From positions 1 to 64,000 of the IMG/VR virus record IMGVR_UViG_3300017739_000004: 64,000 nucleotides of DNA; one strand, written 5' to 3'. Origin of the DNA: a virus. Shown here in pieces: positions 58,166 to 64,000 of this stretch. Position 1 is the stretch's first letter; the number at the start of each line of letters is the position of its first letter. Under the pieces are notes generated by a model. It ran no database searches, was not told where the DNA came from, and saw only the letters and a program-made list of their open reading frames with translations. The translations under genes and the position numbers were made by a program.

Positions 58166-58765
58166 TTATGTTGCCTGTTTCTTACTTAACATTTGACTAT
58201 CTCTAAAGACTTTTGATAGAGATGCCTTTTCAAATTGTTCGGTTGGCAAGAATATTGCAATTTCCCAATCTGTCATTGGTACTCTTCTAATTGTTGATTT
58301 GATATGTGAAGTTAAATATCTTTTATAACATGGTGCAAATTCACGAAACTTTACTACACCTTTTAAAAGATCATATTTAAGACCATTTAACCTAGCATTT
58401 TCATTTGGTTCTTCTGGTCCAAATTCCATTAACTTGTCTAAAAAGGCTGCCCTTACATCTGGTCTAAGATAATGCAAATTAAGTGCATCAAATCCATCTT
58501 TATTAACTCCCATTAAAATGCCTAATGGAAATCTATCATAATATGGTAATACATTTTTTAATTTTGGATCGTATGCATACATTACCATATCACCAATTCT
58601 TGGTTTAGTACTAGTAAAAAGCGCAGGGTCTTTTAAGACTTTATTTCTCGTCACATTTAGATTACGAACATTTTTCATAAACCACTTTTGAGCTTCTTTA
58701 GACCTAGGATTTACTCTAGCTCTATAAGCTGACGACGAAATCTTATCAAATAAACTATCTGCCAT
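58166..58765 (-). CDS. 2: DNA end protector gp2
   Basis: YDPK.K..LPYYDRFPL, LNLHYL, AIFLPTEQF; minus-strand late promoter at 58771-58778. Confidence 0.9.
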   Translation of the reverse strand: MADSLFDKISSSAYRARVNPRSKEAQKWFMKNVRNLNVTRNKVLKDPALFTSTKPRIGDMVMYAYDPKLKNVLPYYDRFPLGILMGVNKDGFDALNLHYLRPDVRAAFLDKLMEFGPEEPNENARLNGLKYDLLKGVVKFREFAPCYKRYLTSHIKSTIRRVPMTDWEIAIFLPTEQFEKASLSKVFRDSQMLSKKQAT

Positions 58766-58783
58766 ATCTTTATTTATAACAGT

Positions 58784-59224
58784 TTACAGTACTTTTATAC
58801 CTAGATTCTTTAAAGTTTCTTCTGTCCAGACTTGAAATTGCCAACCATTATGTTTTGCAAACTTATCTGCAGCATTCCATTTATCTTGATTTCTTGAAAA
58901 GGTAAGTGCTTCATTGATATATCTTTTAGTTTTTCTTGATTTCTTTTTAGGTGGCATAGTTTGATTCTTTGGTTTGATTTCCACCAAAAAGATTTTTTTG
59001 TTTTCCATTTCTATTAATAAGTCTACAAAATACCTATGTATTTTATTATCAATAGAACATTTATAAGGAACAACAACTCCTTCACTATTCCATAACTTAA
59101 CTTTGGGGTTATTCTCGCACCATCTAAAGGCATTTCTTTCCCATAATGATCTGAATACCACATCGCGTGTATTGCCAGCATACTTTTCTGGCTTTTTAAT
59201 TGTGTATTTACCCTTGTAACTCAT
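58784..59224 (-). CDS. 4: Head completion nuclease gp4
   Basis: YKGKY, RSLWE, WNSE, HRYFVD, VEIKP, N.DKW.AA; minus-strand late promoter at 59250-59257. Confidence 0.92.
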   Translation of the reverse strand: MSYKGKYTIKKPEKYAGNTRDVVFRSLWERNAFRWCENNPKVKLWNSEGVVVPYKCSIDNKIHRYFVDLLIEMENKKIFLVEIKPKNQTMPPKKKSRKTKRYINEALTFSRNQDKWNAADKFAKHNGWQFQVWTEETLKNLGIKVL

Positions 59225-59273
59225 ATAAATAACTCTATATACTTTTATTTATTTATATTTATAAGGAATACAT

Positions 59274-60239
59274 ATGTCAGAAAATACCAATAAAGATGCA
59301 GGTTCTCAAGCATTAGAACCAACAGAAGTATTGTATTATCCATCAAGATTAGAAAGTGATTTGTCTAAAGGTACGTCAATGTTAAAATTTACAATTGTAG
59401 AAAGACGTCATAGAGAAATAATGAAGCATATTTATTTACCATCTCCAAATTCATTTAATTTAAATGATGGTGCTAGTTATGATTCATTGGATAAAGGTGA
59501 TATACAACAAGCTTTTGGTGGAGCCGCTAGTCTGCTTGGCCAAGCAATCAGAGGTGACCAAGCTAGAGGTGGAGGTGCAGCTGGTGCTGAAAGTTTTACT
59601 GCTGATTTAGCTGTTACGGGTTTATTGTTTGGTGGTGGCATACCTATTATTGGTGGATCAATGAATGAAATAGCTTTTCAAGCAGGTGCTGCTGCAAATA
59701 AACAAGAAAGAACCAGATTTACAGGTAATGCTATTCGTACATTCAGTTTCCAAATAGAACTTTCACCAGAAAGTAGTGATGAAAATAAAAAAATAGTTAA
59801 AATATTAGATACATTTAGAAGGTATCTTTATGCTGCTAAAGGTACTAATGTATTGGCATTAGATTATCCACCAGAATTTTTAGTAGAATTTTATAATGGT
59901 AAAAAAATAAACACTAACTTTCCAGTATTTGCTCCAGCATATTTAGAATCTATACAAACTACTTATAATCCAAATACTTTTGCATTACACACAGATGGTG
60001 GTGCAGAAACTTATACACTAAATTTGACATTTAAAGAAAGTAGAAAATTAATTAGAGAAGAAATAGATACATTAAAAGCAAATCAAGAATCAAATACAAG
60101 ACATCAAGAACTTTATAAAAATCAATATTTAACAGCTGATCAAGTTAGCCAATTAGAAAGAGGTGTACGTACATTAGAAAATGAGAAAATAGAAGAGTTA
60201 AAAGAAGCATACTTAGATGAACAAGGAACAGGATATTAG
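59274..60239 (+). CDS. 48: Baseplate tail tube cap gp48-like
   Basis: IYLP.P, RTFSF...P.S.DE, YPPEF, LTFKE; TATAAATA at 59224. Confidence 0.75.
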   Translation: MSENTNKDAGSQALEPTEVLYYPSRLESDLSKGTSMLKFTIVERRHREIMKHIYLPSPNSFNLNDGASYDSLDKGDIQQAFGGAASLLGQAIRGDQARGGGAAGAESFTADLAVTGLLFGGGIPIIGGSMNEIAFQAGAAANKQERTRFTGNAIRTFSFQIELSPESSDENKKIVKILDTFRRYLYAAKGTNVLALDYPPEFLVEFYNGKKINTNFPVFAPAYLESIQTTYNPNTFALHTDGGAETYTLNLTFKESRKLIREEIDTLKANQESNTRHQELYKNQYLTADQVSQLERGVRTLENEKIEELKEAYLDEQGTGY

Positions 60240-60241
60240 AT

Positions 60242-61165
60242 ATGTTTTTTAATAGATTTCCAAATACTAAATATGACTTTGATGGTCAAGGTAAATTTCA
60301 AAATATAAAAAATATTTTTAGAAGTGTAAGAGCTCTTCCAGAATTTTTAGATACATTTACATCATACAAATTATATGATGTCTTAAATGGTGAAAGACCA
60401 GATATTGTATCTTCCAGATTATATGGAACACCACAATTTTATTGGACATTTTTTGTAGTAAATGATTTCTTACATGATGGTTATAGAGCATGGCCAATGT
60501 CTCAACAAGATTTAGTACAATATTTTGAAACACAATATGAAGGTTTTGTTATAACAACTGATCCAGAAATTGTTCCTGATGCTGATGGGTTAGATACATT
60601 TAAAAATTCTATAGCTGGTCAATTTGATTTAGGAGAAATATTACATGGAGGTACCTCTGGTGCAAAAGGTACTTTAACTAAAAAAGATGTAGACATGAAT
60701 CAATTAGTTATTCAAGATGTGACACTAGGTACTGCTGGTAAACATCCAATTAGTGGTGCAGATGACTCTTCAATTACTGGTGGTCAATTTATTGCTAACG
60801 AAGCTATAATACAAAACTCAAATACTGAACAAGTAGAAAGCCATATTGTTTACAAATATATTGATGCACCATATCAATATTATGCAACAGCAGATTCAGC
60901 AAATCAAAGATCAGTGACTAACAGAACATTTATAAATTCAAGTGAAAAAGAACAAATAGCAATTGATCCTAACAATTCAGAAGCTAATAGTGATGGACAA
61001 GTTTTTAGAACTACAAATAATACAGTAGATGAAAACTTTATTTCATTTAAAACATATCGTGAATATGAAACAGAGCTGAATGATGCTAGATCACAAATTA
61101 GATATGTAGACCCTAATTATATTGGAGAGTTTGTAGAAAGGTTTACAGAATTATTAAACGAGTAA
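60242..61165 (+). CDS. 53: Baseplate wedge gp53-like
   Basis: FNRFP..Y, GERPDIVS..LYG...YW, WP, YE..LND.. Confidence 0.85.
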   Translation: MFFNRFPNTKYDFDGQGKFQNIKNIFRSVRALPEFLDTFTSYKLYDVLNGERPDIVSSRLYGTPQFYWTFFVVNDFLHDGYRAWPMSQQDLVQYFETQYEGFVITTDPEIVPDADGLDTFKNSIAGQFDLGEILHGGTSGAKGTLTKKDVDMNQLVIQDVTLGTAGKHPISGADDSSITGGQFIANEAIIQNSNTEQVESHIVYKYIDAPYQYYATADSANQRSVTNRTFINSSEKEQIAIDPNNSEANSDGQVFRTTNNTVDENFISFKTYREYETELNDARSQIRYVDPNYIGEFVERFTELLNE

Positions 61166-61169
61166 TATT

Positions 61170-62579
61170 ATGACAATTGGTTCAGGCAGTGAAAGCAATG
61201 AAAACCAAGTTTTTTCACCAAAAAATTATCTATTAAGAACAGTCAAACTATTAAGACAAGGATTGGGTGGTCAAGATATTGGCGCTAAAGCTATTGACAT
61301 CACACAAAAAATATTATCTATTGATATTGTAGAAAGTATTTATAAATCTGGCATACAAGTAGATTTACAAATTAAAGATGATGTACAACTTTTTAGTAGT
61401 ATGCGCTTAAATGGTGCTGAAAAGATCGCATTGATTATTTCAAGAGCACAAGATACACCTGACGAAACTATCAAGCTTTTATTATCTATTATTAATATTG
61501 ATACATTTTCAGATGTTAATCCTGGAATGAAATCATATAAATTAAGATGTGCATTTGATTATACTATAGTAAATCAATCAAAAATTATATCCGACGAATT
61601 CACTGATATTTCAAAAAAGATAAGTGACATAGCAAAAACAGATTTAGGTATATCTGAAAAGCTTTTAGATATTAGTGAATCATCACAATCTGCAAAAGGC
61701 ATCATACCTAGAATGAAGCCATTAGCTGCTATTAATTGGTTAACAAGAAATATTGCTGATGCAGGCACACCATACTATTTTTATCAAACTTCTTCTGGTA
61801 CAGTACATTTAAAATCATATAAACAAATGTTAAGAGATATACACGAAGAAGATAATCTTTATACAAATAATGTTAATTTTAATTTATTTGATAAACAAGA
61901 TAAGATGGCTGATTCAACAGAATTGTCCTTTGCACAAGAAAAATTTAATATAATTAGTATTAATTCTAATTTAAATATATCACCATTTAAAGGTGTAGCT
62001 GATGGTACATATAGATCAAACAAATTAAGCTATGATATTTATAAAAAAGAATTTAAATCATCAGTTAAATTCGAAGCTAATGAATTACAAAATCATTTAA
62101 ATAAATTTGCTGCAATTCCAAAAGATTATTTTGAGAATAAAGGTGAGACAGGAAAAAATTATTATATTAATTTAAATAGTGGTGCATTTGATGGTAATGC
62201 TACTAATTATCATAATGTAGTAGATGATATTATACAAGAAAAAGAAGCTTATCATACAAGACTTGAAACAATAACACAAGAATTTGTTATACCTGGAGAT
62301 TTTAATATAGAGGCTGGAAAAGTTATAAGAATATTATTATTAGATAACGCATTTGAAGAAAAGGTGCACGAAGATGATACAGGAGATGCTATTGATAGAC
62401 AAAACTCCGGTCTGTATTTAATTACTTCTATAGTACATACATTTAGAAATCAAGAATTTGTTTCAAGATTAGTATGCAAAAAAGATACACATATAGATGA
62501 CCAGAATCAGCCAATAGATTATTTTGCATCGACTGACCCTGGCAGAACAATTGATTTAATAGGAAATAATAATGGATAG
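61170..62579 (+). CDS. Baseplate hub protein (gp27-like)
   Basis: ESIY, IIPRMKP, YYFYQ, IPGD...AG, SGLYLITSIVH; lies between gene 53 and the spike gene. Confidence 0.65.
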   Translation: MTIGSGSESNENQVFSPKNYLLRTVKLLRQGLGGQDIGAKAIDITQKILSIDIVESIYKSGIQVDLQIKDDVQLFSSMRLNGAEKIALIISRAQDTPDETIKLLLSIINIDTFSDVNPGMKSYKLRCAFDYTIVNQSKIISDEFTDISKKISDIAKTDLGISEKLLDISESSQSAKGIIPRMKPLAAINWLTRNIADAGTPYYFYQTSSGTVHLKSYKQMLRDIHEEDNLYTNNVNFNLFDKQDKMADSTELSFAQEKFNIISINSNLNISPFKGVADGTYRSNKLSYDIYKKEFKSSVKFEANELQNHLNKFAAIPKDYFENKGETGKNYYINLNSGAFDGNATNYHNVVDDIIQEKEAYHTRLETITQEFVIPGDFNIEAGKVIRILLLDNAFEEKVHEDDTGDAIDRQNSGLYLITSIVHTFRNQEFVSRLVCKKDTHIDDQNQPIDYFASTDPGRTIDLIGNNNG

Positions 62580-63012
62580 ACGAGATGATAATTTTAGAAA
62601 TGGTATGTTCAGTTGGTTTACTGGCGAAGTATTAAAGATACATGCGGATGGTACTAATAGAGTAAAAGTATTTCCTCATGGGTATTATGATGAAAAATTT
62701 AATAGTGAAGAAGAAGCAGATAAATTACCATGGGCAACAGTCATGATGCCATGTACCACAGCTGGTACTAATACAAGCCATCAAAATCATAGCCTAGAAG
62801 TTGGTTCTCATGTTGTTGGTTTTTTTAGAGATGGCCCAAGTGCACAAGACCCAATTATTATGGGAACAATACATGGTAAAGATAAACCAACGTTAGCAAG
62901 TCCTGATGTAAAACAGCAAAGATTCCAGGGTGGACAAAATATAATTTTTGATAATAAATCTGGAACAATCACATTGGCTGGTTCTTCAGTTGGTAAAGTA
63001 ATAATATTATAA
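62572..63012 (+). CDS. Short gp5-like baseplate spike (OB-fold)
   Basis: WFTGEV, RVKV, LPWATV, GSHVVGFFRDG..AQDPIIMG. Confidence 0.8.
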   Translation: MDRRDDNFRNGMFSWFTGEVLKIHADGTNRVKVFPHGYYDEKFNSEEEADKLPWATVMMPCTTAGTNTSHQNHSLEVGSHVVGFFRDGPSAQDPIIMGTIHGKDKPTLASPDVKQQRFQGGQNIIFDNKSGTITLAGSSVGKVIIL

Positions 63013-64000
63013 TGACTCAATTAACAGCAACAGTTCCACCAATGGAGTGTCCCGATACACAGTTGCCAACCCCAGCTAATCTAGCAAATCTTTTTGGTAA
63101 TCTGATTACACAAGCCGAGAGAGGTGCGTTATCTGAAATTGCAGAAATACAAGAAGAAGCTCAAAAATTAAAAGAAAAAATAGAAAAGATACGAGAAGAT
63201 ATACTAAGTCCTTACGATCCTAAATTCAAAAGATTAGAAATACCTGAAAAAGAATATGAGATAATGATTACTAGATTAGTCAATGAATATAGTACTTATG
63301 TTCAGGCGAAGATGTTAGAGATTATTGCTGATCTTACAACAATAGAAATTAATGTCACTATATTAGGAGTAGAAGTAGATGCAATCAAATTTGCAATAGA
63401 CAGACCATATCGAGCAGAAATACTTGGACAAATAGATGTTGATAGTATGTATGATTTATTACCACCTGAATATCAAAGCTTTAAAGATAAATTTGATAGT
63501 GCAGATTTAAAAGGTAAAAAAATAAATGACTTTATTGAAACTAAAATAAAAGAATTTTTACAAGGTAATATTATTCAAGGATTAAAAGATTTAGAATTGA
63601 GTTTTACATTACCAACTGATCCAAGAGCTGCTATTCAATTAAAAATTCAAGAAATTAAAGATGATGCAAAGAAAGATATGAACGAAAAGATAGAAGATTT
63701 AAAAACAATTACAATTGGTGGTTATACATTAGAACAAATATTAGGTGGAGAGTTTGATGATAATGTAGAGATAACTGAATTTACTTTTGATAGACTAATT
63801 GATAAACTATTAGTTTTTGCACAAGACTATTGGAGTTATTTAGTAAAAGAAATGCTATCAAAAATAACAGATGCAATCAAAGATATACCTGGATTAGATA
63901 AGATAATAGAATTTTTAACATTTACATTCTGTGATTTCTTAACACTTATAGGATTTCCAAAGACAATTGACTTATCTGCATTCAATGGTATTACAGTAGT
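63012..64000 (+). CDS. 3'-truncated hypothetical structural protein
   Basis: MTQLTATVPPMECPDTQLPTPANL...; appears open to the window end. Confidence 0.65.
   Translation, partial: MTQLTATVPPMECPDTQLPTPANLANLFGNLITQAERGALSEIAEIQEEAQKLKEKIEKIREDILSPYDPKFKRLEIPEKEYEIMITRLVNEYSTYVQAKMLEIIADLTTIEINVTILGVEVDAIKFAIDRPYRAEILGQIDVDSMYDLLPPEYQSFKDKFDSADLKGKKINDFIETKIKEFLQGNIIQGLKDLELSFTLPTDPRAAIQLKIQEIKDDAKKDMNEKIEDLKTITIGGYTLEQILGGEFDDNVEITEFTFDRLIDKLLVFAQDYWSYLVKEMLSKITDAIKDIPGLDKIIEFLTFTFCDFLTLIGFPKTIDLSAFNGITV

Overview
An AT-rich 64 kb segment of a T4-like myovirus genome, probably marine, infecting a Gram-negative proteobacterium (inferred from spanins, sigma70 promoters, IscU/IscA and bS21). Recognisable core genes are uvsX, 41, nrdA/nrdB, rnh, 33, 59, 32, 2, 4, 48, 53, a short gp5-like spike and tRNA-Ala. 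All calls come from reading the sequence and recalled motifs; no database search was run. Accessory highlights: (1) a cytosine hypermodification cluster with a gp42-type dCMP hydroxymethylase, an Agt-like glycosyltransferase, its own NDP-sugar enzymes and an atypical C5-methyltransferase; (2) about 12 kb of genes whose products start with T4 capsid-targeting-like peptides; (3) cytochrome c and DoxX inserted between nrdB and glutaredoxin; (4) a late-promoter operon of CsgF, CsgG, two curlin-like proteins, FecR and a CHASE2 adenylate cyclase; (5) three early promoters with roughly 11-bp GTCACA repeats, plus a distant hairpin whose loop is complementary to their ribosome-binding sites; (6) strong apparent avoidance of GTWAC; (7) a likely -1 frameshift joining the gp26-like and gp51-like ORFs.
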